Below are positions 56,213-64,000 of a stretch of DNA of 64,000 nt, one piece after another. Both the position numbers and the translations under genes were made by a program. Location of the stretch: positions 1 to 64,000 of the IMG/VR virus record IMGVR_UViG_3300006173_000003. One strand, given 5' to 3'. The notes under the pieces are model-generated. The model did no database searches. It saw only the letters and a program-made list of their open reading frames with translations, and had not been told where the DNA came from. Source of the stretch: a virus. Lineage: Duplodnaviria; Caudoviricetes. Position 1 is the first letter of the stretch; each line of letters begins with the position of its first letter.

Positions 56213-56470
56213 ATGGCTACAGGATTTACGATAGAAAAAGTTGACTATTCTAATATTCCTTCGGGGGTAATAACGTGGACTTTCGAATTTAAATTATTCA
56301 GCGCGACCTCGTATACGCTGATAAGCAATTCGGCTCTTGTGAACACGGATGGAACGCTGTTGTCTCCGCTTCCTGTAACTGGATTAACAGCCGGGCAGTT
56401 GTATTACATTCGGGGATCAGCGAATTGTACTAGTCCGGTCGAAACGTTTTTGCAAATGGTTCAAACCTAA
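56213..56470 (+). CDS. Small FN3/Ig-like structural protein
   Basis: VTGLTAGQLYYIR, an FN3-like strand motif. Confidence 0.55.
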   Translation: MATGFTIEKVDYSNIPSGVITWTFEFKLFSATSYTLISNSALVNTDGTLLSPLPVTGLTAGQLYYIRGSANCTSPVETFLQMVQT

Positions 56471-56476
56471 TATATT

Positions 56477-57544
56477 ATGTCGATAAATTTGTCCGTTAAC
56501 TTAGGGGTGCCAGCGGGAGTAAGCACAAACAGCATATCTTACGCTAGGATAGACAATTTGGCTCCGGGACAATCTCCTGTGTTTACAAATGCAGGAAACT
56601 TTAATACTTTTCCTGCAACTATTGCGACCAATATCCCAGCAGGGCAATATCAGATTCAGGCGGTCCCCGTATACCCAGATGGAAGGGTATGCACCCCAAC
56701 GATTCAAACAACTCAGGGATGTCCGGGTCTCATTTCTATTACAGCATCTTTGAATAATAATGTAATTGTCGTCAACTATGTTGCCCCATCAACGGCACCA
56801 AAAGTAAGGATCACTATAGACTATCCAAATGGAGGTAGCTCTGTAGCCAACTATGTAAATGACGGGAATCCTATTTCTGTTGGTATCCCTTCCGGACTGT
56901 TCGGAACGTATTCTGTTTTTGGTCAGTCGGTTTGTGACGAAGGAAGTGGTTTTTATAGTCCCAACTCTTCCACTGTGACGCTGAGTAATTCTCAAACTAT
57001 TTCAGGGAGCTTCTTCCTTGGAAATACGATTAGCGCTGCCTGCGGAGCGGCTGCAACCACTCTTTATTCGAATGGGGCAGCTATCCCTGGCGTTCAGTTG
57101 TTCTTAGATAACACTCTTACGACGCCTGTTACTGGATACTTGTTCGCCTTATACAATGGTATAATATACAACCTTGATAATACGACCGGAGTGTTGGGGT
57201 CTGATTCCGGACAGTCTTGTAGTCCAACGGTCATTATACAGAACAGTCTTACGTTTATGAACCTGAGCGCCGTGGTTGGAATATCTGGGTTCATATATTC
57301 CCCATCCAGCGGGCAGAATACACAGACCGGATCTCATGGGGCGTTTACGGGTAGCATAACGGTTGGATGGAATGGAAACGTTCCCTCTACCCCAGCCTTC
57401 AGTATGGTATTGAAGAAAAACGGGATACAGACGGGATGCAACAACTTCCCTACAGGAAGCGGAAGTTCCTCCTTTGTTTTTGCAAGCGATACCTATTTGT
57501 CAACAGACATTATTCAAATATCTTGTTCAACTGGTTCTTGTTAA
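56477..57544 (+). CDS. Beta-rich structural protein
   Basis: 355 aa, S/T/G-rich, several Cys pairs. Confidence 0.55.
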   Translation: MSINLSVNLGVPAGVSTNSISYARIDNLAPGQSPVFTNAGNFNTFPATIATNIPAGQYQIQAVPVYPDGRVCTPTIQTTQGCPGLISITASLNNNVIVVNYVAPSTAPKVRITIDYPNGGSSVANYVNDGNPISVGIPSGLFGTYSVFGQSVCDEGSGFYSPNSSTVTLSNSQTISGSFFLGNTISAACGAAATTLYSNGAAIPGVQLFLDNTLTTPVTGYLFALYNGIIYNLDNTTGVLGSDSGQSCSPTVIIQNSLTFMNLSAVVGISGFIYSPSSGQNTQTGSHGAFTGSITVGWNGNVPSTPAFSMVLKKNGIQTGCNNFPTGSGSSSFVFASDTYLSTDIIQISCSTGSC

Positions 57545-57546
57545 TT

Positions 57547-58326
57547 ATGATTGACGTATACGACTTATATCAGAGCTTTTGCAGTACATACAATTTGTAC
57601 TTAGGCGGATGGTTTCGACCTAACACCGATTTTTTGCAAAAATGCAATGATATAAGTAAGGAGTTGTGGGTAAAGTGGACGGAAGAAGCAGAGAAATCTC
57701 AGGAAGCAAAAGATAATCTTTTGCCATTTCTTGTTTCTAAGAATATCATAGTATCCAATAAGGGACCGTATGGAACTTTTCCAATCCCAAAAGATGAAGA
57801 GAAGCCATATGGAAGGTTTTCGGCAGCTAGGATCATTGTTTCGGGAAAACATTGTGTTCCTTGCAAAGAGGTAGACGGAGGCAGGTGTTCTAATGGTGAT
57901 TTTACCAGCTCGGAACAATTGGCCGAAGATTATTACAATACAATTGAGCAAACAGATGTTGATCTTGTCGATAATCAGAAATGGGGAGCTTGTAATTCTC
58001 ACTTGACTAAAAAACCTTCTCTTAAAAAGCCAAAGATGAGGCAGATAGACGATGGATTTCAGGTTGCTCCAAGGGAGGTTAGCGTTATAGTATTGGATTA
58101 TTACAGGCCACCAAAAGAGGCAACGTTTGTGTATGATAAGAGTCCGGGTAATGAACAAACTGGGGCTGGGGATATGATAATCTATGATCAGAAAAATAGC
58201 CAACCATTAGAATGGCCTTTTAATATAAGAGAAGAGTTTTTGAATCGTTTGGGACAGGCTTATGGAACTTTTACAAAGGATCAGTTTCTTAGCCAATTTT
58301 CAGCACAACAAAAAGCAGCAAGCTAA
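57547..58326 (+). CDS. Putative tail ring/tubular protein (start at ATG 57547, not 57367)
   Basis: MIDVYDLY...; VLDYYRPPKEA.F.Y...L.W pattern of ring proteins. Confidence 0.55.
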   Translation: MIDVYDLYQSFCSTYNLYLGGWFRPNTDFLQKCNDISKELWVKWTEEAEKSQEAKDNLLPFLVSKNIIVSNKGPYGTFPIPKDEEKPYGRFSAARIIVSGKHCVPCKEVDGGRCSNGDFTSSEQLAEDYYNTIEQTDVDLVDNQKWGACNSHLTKKPSLKKPKMRQIDDGFQVAPREVSVIVLDYYRPPKEATFVYDKSPGNEQTGAGDMIIYDQKNSQPLEWPFNIREEFLNRLGQAYGTFTKDQFLSQFSAQQKAAS

Positions 58327-59087
58327 TGCCTAGTCAAGATTTTACCACATTGCAGCAATTGTTAAACTATACTAATACGTACTTCGTTACCAATGGGGTT
58401 AATTCCATCACCGGAGACGAAGGGAATAATATATTGAATGGGTTCGGAAAGTTTATTCAGTCGTACACAATGAATAACGGGTTGGCCGGAATATCTTCTA
58501 GTAGCGGCGTCGTTCCTTTGTCTAAGCCTGTAACTATATTTTCAGTTGCTCCGACTTCGTTTAATTGGACCGACAATGTTCAACAAGAGTATTATATCGT
58601 AAACGCCACTGGTGTTGCCATAAATGCGACATCGGGATATTCCTTTGTGGATGCATATGGGACAACGCAGACATCCATTGCGGCTAGGGATTCGGTACAT
58701 ATTGCTAAGGCGACGAATGGGACATGGTATAGAATAAACAACGTTTCCGGGTCTGCATCTGGCGGATTGCCTCCGATGACTGGTAATGCAGGAAAAGGTC
58801 TGTTCACCGATGGAACAAGCGCGTTTTGGGGAGATAATGTTCTCCAGATACCAGCAGGAGACGCAAATTATACCGATGCTACAACATGGGTAAATGGAAG
58901 TAGCTATAATCTGGTGCTTCCGAGTCCTCATTTCTTGCTGTTTTGGAACGAGACCAACAGATTCTTGCTAAGAAATATAAGTCCAGTCGAGTACGGATAT
59001 GTAACAAATGGGTTTAAAGTTTTTGTTCCGGGATTTGACGGATCAAATTCAAATGTATTTTTATTATTCAAAGGAGCAACTTCGTAA
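58326..59087 (+). CDS. Tail fibre anchor / collar protein
   Basis: FVTNGVNSITG..N.IL N-terminus; PMTGNAGKGLFTDGTSAFW fibre motif. Confidence 0.6.
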   Translation: MPSQDFTTLQQLLNYTNTYFVTNGVNSITGDEGNNILNGFGKFIQSYTMNNGLAGISSSSGVVPLSKPVTIFSVAPTSFNWTDNVQQEYYIVNATGVAINATSGYSFVDAYGTTQTSIAARDSVHIAKATNGTWYRINNVSGSASGGLPPMTGNAGKGLFTDGTSAFWGDNVLQIPAGDANYTDATTWVNGSSYNLVLPSPHFLLFWNETNRFLLRNISPVEYGYVTNGFKVFVPGFDGSNSNVFLLFKGATS

Positions 59088-59089
59088 GC

Positions 59090-62000
59090 ATGAAAAAAAT
59101 ATTATTCATAGTAGGTCTTCTGATCGGTTTTCAGGTTGCTTTTTCGCAATCCAGCCCTACCTTTTTGCCTCCAAGGTCATCTGCTACAACTACGGTTCAG
59201 GATTCCAGACTTAGAGCGTTGCTGACATTTTATTATCCACATACGCATGGATTAACGTTAAACGGAGGGTTGGATACTTTGGGAGCCGTTATATACGAAG
59301 ACAGCAGTGGGCACGTCTGGTATAGAGACACTATTCCTGCTGGGGGGCATAGATGGAGAATGATGTTGAGTTTTGGAGATCCAACAGGGGGAGTATCTTC
59401 TTTCAATACAAGAACCGGAGCCGTAACGCTTACGTCTGGTGACGTGATTACAGCGCTTACTTATACTCCAATAAATCCCAATGGAACATCGTCTCAGTAC
59501 ATAGCAGGAGATGGATCAAAAGTTACCTTCCCGACTATACCAGAGCAAATAAATATTACTGATGCTGGTCTCTTTGTTCATTCTGGAAGCTATCCAAATT
59601 ATACGTTTACCGGGAATACTCCTACGCAGCAACAGGTTTTTACTCAGGGATCTACCCTTAATCAAAATAACTTCTGGGTAACAGGAGCGAATGTTTTAGG
59701 AATGACCGGGACGGCAGCTTTCGGATTGCCTACGGGAAGCACATCGCAACGCCCATCGTCTGCCGGAGTAGGATATTTCAGATACAATACCGATAGCGCT
59801 TCAACAGAAACATATAATGGAAGTCAGTGGATTAAAACGGGTACAGGAACGGCCATAACAGGGGTTACAAGTTTCAATACAAGGACGGGTGCTGTTACTT
59901 TGAACTCCTCTGATGTTACAACCGCATTGGCTTTTACGCCATATAATTCCACCAATCCGGCTGGCTATATTTCTAATATAACTGGAAAAATAATTAATGG
60001 AGCCAATATAGTCATAACCGGAAGCGGAACCGGTGTTGATCCATATGTAATCATCGGAACTGGTGGTGGGGGAGGTGGGGGGAATACCAATTCAAATATT
60101 GGATCGGGGTATAGGTTTGCGGTTCCCAACACCAACAGTATAAAAACTTTATTCTGTTCAGGATGTACGTTGGATAGCACCACGAATGCCAATGCTCTTA
60201 CATTAACGGTAACTGGGGGTAGTGGAATTACCCAATTAACAGGGGATGGAACCGCTGGGCCAGGATCGGGAAGCCAGGCATTTACTTTAACGACCGTCAA
60301 TAGTAATGTAGGAACTTTTGGAAGTGCATCATCGGTTCCTGTTTTTGTCGTCAATGGAAAGGGTCTTGTGACCGGCGTAACGAATACATCAATTCAGATA
60401 ACTGAATCTCAGGTAACGAATTTAACAACAGATTTGGCTGGCAAGCAACCAACTGGAAATTATATAACTGGGATTACTGGAGATGTTGTCGCCACTGGCC
60501 CCGGATCGGTAGCCTCTACAATTCAAGCAAACGCGGTAACTACAGGAAAAATAAATAATAACGCTGTTACCTATGCAAAATTTCAAGCCTCTTCTCAAGC
60601 TGCTTTATTGGGGACAAATGCTGCCGGAAATTTTGGAGAAATAACGTTGGGGACTGGATTGTCTTTTAGCGGCTCAGTTTTAAATGCAACAGGGGGAGGG
60701 TCTCAGACATTAACGTATACTCAGCTTGCTCTCAATAACACACTGTCTATTAGTGGGGGTAATACCCAGACATTTCTTGTAGCTACCCACGCTTTGGCAG
60801 GGTTAATGGATTCTGCATCAAAAGCCGTTGTAGACAGCTTGCGCCTTAGAACTTATACTTTTCCTTCTGGCAGCGGATTGACGGCAGGAGGAGGATTCTC
60901 TCCATTATTCACCAATACGGTAACTGGGTCTACTCTTAATTTTGTTGCCTCCAATGCTGCTGCTAATTCTGCTTTTGGAAATTTTACTGGATCACCAGCG
61001 CCGGCAGCATTTGGGAAACTTCCCCTTGCAGCAATGGCTACAGGAACAGCCAATACTCTAATAGGATATGATGGGTCTGGTAATCCTTCGGGAATAACAG
61101 TGGGCTCCGGATTGTCGCTGGTTAGCGGTACATTAAGCTCTACAGCAGGAGGAGGTAGTGTTACAAGCGTAGGACTCGCATTGCCCGCTAGTTTATTTGC
61201 TGTTTCTGGTTCCCCCGTCACCGGTGCGGGAACTTTAACCGGTTCATTCAATACTCAAAACGCAGGATTCGTTTTAGTGAGCGATTCGGTAAATAATGGT
61301 CAAGTGCCTACCATGCGTCATCTTGTGGTTAAAGACCTTCCAGTATTTAGCCCGTGGCCCGCAGAGGCTCCAATGGGAACCATATACAGTAAATCAGCAT
61401 GGTCATTGCCGGTCACAGATTTTATTCCCGGACCAATAGCTCAGCTAACATATGCAATCAGCACAGAAGGTTATTTAAATGTTACAGGTCCATCCGCAGT
61501 AACGTTTAACAACTATGCTAGAGTGTTACAGCAAAGACCGACCCAGCTACCCAGATTTACGGAGACTGTCGTTTTTAAAATGCTGACCACTCCTGCCGCT
61601 GGAACGGTAGGATTTGGAATAGGCATTAAACAAAACAATGGAGCCATTGGAGATTTCACGGCATATGTCAATACGACAAATAGCGGATCTTCTGGCTTTC
61701 TTACCATCGTTCGTTCAGACGGTAGCGTTACTTATCAGAGTGGGTCCAGTTCAAATACTGTACACTTGAATGATGTCATGCAATTAAAGGTTGTGTATGC
61801 CGACTCCGTTGTAACGGCTTTTTTGACTAATATAACTACTGGTATTACGTCTACTCCATTAGTATGGACAAATACCATCCCAAGTGCTGTTAGTCCTCTT
61901 TTTACGGATTGTAGTTTTTCTTTTACACCATTTGGGCCAGCCACATACCAAATCCAATCCTATACTATTACCTCTGAAACCATTAGGAATGCAAATATGA

Positions 62001-64000
62001 TTTTCATTGGGGACTCAAAGACCCAAGGATTTAAGGCTAATTTTTTCAATGGTAGATTCGGGTGGCAAATGGGACAGTCTTTCCCGTCTGCTGTAATTTG
62101 GGCTGGAGGTTCCAATAAAACTACTGATGTCCTTCTGCAAATGGACGAATTGTCCCAATTGAACGGAGCCAATATTTTTATGAGTCTTGGATCGAATGAT
62201 ATTCGGGGAGGAGCTACAGTGACAGCAACAATGATTAACTATAACAGAATAGTTAATATGCTCCGCGCCTATGGTGCCAACGTATATCACATGGTATTCC
62301 CAGAAGACTCTACGTCTACTGGAGTTGGATTAACAGCGCTGAAGAATGCAATACTAGCAACATACCCTACAACATATATAGACACATGGGACACGCTTTC
62401 TACAGCAGGAAATAATATTTTAAGAGCCGCTTACCAAGGAGATGCCGTACATCCAAATCAGGCCGGTAATGATGCCATAGTCCGAGCAATTAATGCCAGT
62501 GGATTTGGTAAAGTAATTGCTACAAATAGGAAATCGGCCTATAGAATCACTGATGGTAATATTAAATTCAACGGAGACAGTTTATTCTTATTCCCCATTG
62601 ACAAAAACACAAATTATGTAAACCACTGGACAAGCAATGGTAGTTTTACAACTGGATTATTGCAGGACAATGGAATTGTATCCGGAGCCTCTGCCTCTCC
62701 ATTGGCCCCAGTAGCCAACACCATATTTAATGTTAATGGAGTGCTGGGTATTCAGGGAACAAGTGGTGGAATTTTGTTTTCAGGTAGAGACAACGCAGAT
62801 CAAACAATAGGAGAGGCGGCTATTTTTTGCTCAAATTATGCTATTCGGTATTTTGCCAATGGAGTCCAGACATTCTCTGTAGATTCCGCAGGAAGAGCAG
62901 CGATAGGCAATGTGGCTGTAGGCAATGGAGTAAATGCGTTCTTGTCTATAAGCCCTGGTCTTGCCGCTAGACCCCCTCTTAGATTTACTGTTAATGGGTC
63001 GGTGCTAACATCAACCCCACAGGCAGGCGCATTAGAGGTATTAGTTGATAGCCTTTATTTTACAGGGAATAATGGTACAAGGAACAAAATATGGCCACAA
63101 TCCGCAAGTGGAGGTAATCCATTTGCAGACAACACCGCATTGGTAAAGAATAATGCAGACAACACAAAATTGCTAATCTTAAGCGCTGCATCCATTTCCA
63201 CAGCAACCACAAGGACGGCAACCTTCCCAGATGCAAATATCACTGTAGCAGATAAATTAAGCCCTTTAAGCCAATTCGCTTCTACCACATCTGCTCAATT
63301 ACTTGGAGTCATTTCAGACGAAACAGGGACCGGATCATTGGTATTTGGGACATCTCCAACTATTGCTACACCCCTCTTCACTGGATTAACAAGTTCAGGA
63401 GCCAATGACTCAGTTCTTACTGTTGATCCTACCACTGGGCAATTACATAGAAGATCTGGGGCTTTCAATTTATTCTTCGCAAACGGATTGACAGCAGCAG
63501 GAGGGGATAGTGCATATTGGGGAGGAACTTTAAATCAGCCCACTACCATTTCTGGAGCCGGATTCCCTGTATCGTTGGGGACTTCGGGAAGCAACTTAGG
63601 AGGTCTATCTATTACAGGTGGAAAGTATAACAGTGCGCAAGGGTCTCAAATATTAGGTGTGGCCTCGACCATAAATAATGCTATAACAGCAGGTAGCGGG
63701 AACGTTACCAATTTTTCTGCATACGCTTTCTTGGCCCCCACGATTACTAGTACGAATACTTCGGTTACTTATACAACTCCATCCACTTTATATATTGACA
63801 ATGCCCCAACGCTAAGCACAAATTCTTCTGCAACTGGGAGGGTGTATGCATTAAATGTAAACGCAGGAATAAATCACTTTGGATTAGGGCCTGCTAATGT
63901 TACTGCTCTTTTTGATGGTTGTGTATTTGTAGGAAATGCAACTATAACCGGAAACACATTGTTAGGCATTGGACCTTCAACTGCTACTCAAACAGCGGTT
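59090..64000 (+). CDS. Very large tail-fibre/spike-like protein with an N-terminal Sec signal peptide and an SGNH hydrolase domain (at least 1637 aa, runs off the window, not in the ORF track)
   Basis: Frame open by hand translation from ATG 59090 to 64000; MKKILFIVGLLIGFQVAFS-Q; fibre motifs SFNTRTGAVTL x2, LPTGSTSQRP, SDETGTGSLVFGTSPT; GDS/GSND/DAVHP at about 61990-62495. Confidence 0.85.
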   Translation, partial: MKKILFIVGLLIGFQVAFSQSSPTFLPPRSSATTTVQDSRLRALLTFYYPHTHGLTLNGGLDTLGAVIYEDSSGHVWYRDTIPAGGHRWRMMLSFGDPTGGVSSFNTRTGAVTLTSGDVITALTYTPINPNGTSSQYIAGDGSKVTFPTIPEQINITDAGLFVHSGSYPNYTFTGNTPTQQQVFTQGSTLNQNNFWVTGANVLGMTGTAAFGLPTGSTSQRPSSAGVGYFRYNTDSASTETYNGSQWIKTGTGTAITGVTSFNTRTGAVTLNSSDVTTALAFTPYNSTNPAGYISNITGKIINGANIVITGSGTGVDPYVIIGTGGGGGGGNTNSNIGSGYRFAVPNTNSIKTLFCSGCTLDSTTNANALTLTVTGGSGITQLTGDGTAGPGSGSQAFTLTTVNSNVGTFGSASSVPVFVVNGKGLVTGVTNTSIQITESQVTNLTTDLAGKQPTGNYITGITGDVVATGPGSVASTIQANAVTTGKINNNAVTYAKFQASSQAALLGTNAAGNFGEITLGTGLSFSGSVLNATGGGSQTLTYTQLALNNTLSISGGNTQTFLVATHALAGLMDSASKAVVDSLRLRTYTFPSGSGLTAGGGFSPLFTNTVTGSTLNFVASNAAANSAFGNFTGSPAPAAFGKLPLAAMATGTANTLIGYDGSGNPSGITVGSGLSLVSGTLSSTAGGGSVTSVGLALPASLFAVSGSPVTGAGTLTGSFNTQNAGFVLVSDSVNNGQVPTMRHLVVKDLPVFSPWPAEAPMGTIYSKSAWSLPVTDFIPGPIAQLTYAISTEGYLNVTGPSAVTFNNYARVLQQRPTQLPRFTETVVFKMLTTPAAGTVGFGIGIKQNNGAIGDFTAYVNTTNSGSSGFLTIVRSDGSVTYQSGSSSNTVHLNDVMQLKVVYADSVVTAFLTNITTGITSTPLVWTNTIPSAVSPLFTDCSFSFTPFGPATYQIQSYTITSETIRNANMIFIGDSKTQGFKANFFNGRFGWQMGQSFPSAVIWAGGSNKTTDVLLQMDELSQLNGANIFMSLGSNDIRGGATVTATMINYNRIVNMLRAYGANVYHMVFPEDSTSTGVGLTALKNAILATYPTTYIDTWDTLSTAGNNILRAAYQGDAVHPNQAGNDAIVRAINASGFGKVIATNRKSAYRITDGNIKFNGDSLFLFPIDKNTNYVNHWTSNGSFTTGLLQDNGIVSGASASPLAPVANTIFNVNGVLGIQGTSGGILFSGRDNADQTIGEAAIFCSNYAIRYFANGVQTFSVDSAGRAAIGNVAVGNGVNAFLSISPGLAARPPLRFTVNGSVLTSTPQAGALEVLVDSLYFTGNNGTRNKIWPQSASGGNPFADNTALVKNNADNTKLLILSAASISTATTRTATFPDANITVADKLSPLSQFASTTSAQLLGVISDETGTGSLVFGTSPTIATPLFTGLTSSGANDSVLTVDPTTGQLHRRSGAFNLFFANGLTAAGGDSAYWGGTLNQPTTISGAGFPVSLGTSGSNLGGLSITGGKYNSAQGSQILGVASTINNAITAGSGNVTNFSAYAFLAPTITSTNTSVTYTTPSTLYIDNAPTLSTNSSATGRVYALNVNAGINHFGLGPANVTALFDGCVFVGNATITGNTLLGIGPSTATQTAV

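Noticed and set aside
57367-57546. N-terminal extension of the listed 57367-58326 ORF
   Set aside because: Overlaps the 56477-57544 gene; ATG 57547 directly after its stop is the natural start
60059-60082. GGT/GGG/GGA run as a simple repeat
   Set aside because: A poly-Gly hinge in the fibre with mixed codons, not a slippage tract
1-64000. Genome-wide stop-codon recoding as in some crAss-like phages
   Set aside because: Long genes are intact in code 11 and TAA, TAG and TGA all end genes with normal overlaps; only one isolated in-frame TGA was found (2869-2871)
1-64000. CRISPR array, tRNA, rRNA, integrase, reverse transcriptase/DGR
   Set aside because: No regularly spaced repeats, cloverleafs or catalytic motifs seen by eye; tRNAscan/Infernal were not run

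Overview
This window is part of the genome of a tailed dsDNA phage of a Bacteroidota host. Host evidence: TTTG-N17-21-TAnnTTTG promoters, A-rich start regions without Shine-Dalgarno sequences, and lipobox/Q-rule signal peptides. Layout: (1) 1-10 kb, short early/accessory genes in a rightward block and a leftward block, including small lipoproteins, NinG, YopX, HTH/RHH regulators, a GT9-like enzyme and a probable single-domain beta-clamp fragment. (2) 10.1-13.8 kb, replication genes: a structured leader, a DUF4373-type initiator with internal repeats, a Twinkle/T7-gp4-type primase-helicase and an SSB-like protein. (3) 14.4-19.4 kb, a seven-enzyme glycan cluster (GT25 x2, GT2, GT11, GT47-like, two methyltransferases) containing an unusual element of interleaved inverted repeats. 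(4) 20-64 kb, a podovirus-type virion module resembling crAss-like phages: ring/tail proteins, cupin, three probable ejection proteins (the largest 2420 aa with a GNAT-like domain), M28-like peptidase plus PurD-like ATP-grasp enzyme, terminase, tail stabilisation protein, GroES-like protein, portal, scaffold, major capsid protein, decoration paralogs, an HNH gene and tail fibres. The top candidate for a new system is an ORF missing from the supplied track (59090 to beyond 64000). It is a mosaic of tail-fibre motifs with an SGNH esterase domain, yet it starts with a classical Sec signal peptide and is enriched in the Bacteroidota O-glycosylation sequon D-(S/T)-(A/L/V/I/M/T). Together with the phage glycosyltransferases, this suggests an exported, glycosylated fibre. 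All family assignments come from motif recognition by eye; no searches were run. I found no tRNA, rRNA, CRISPR array, integrase, DNA polymerase or reverse transcriptase in the window.
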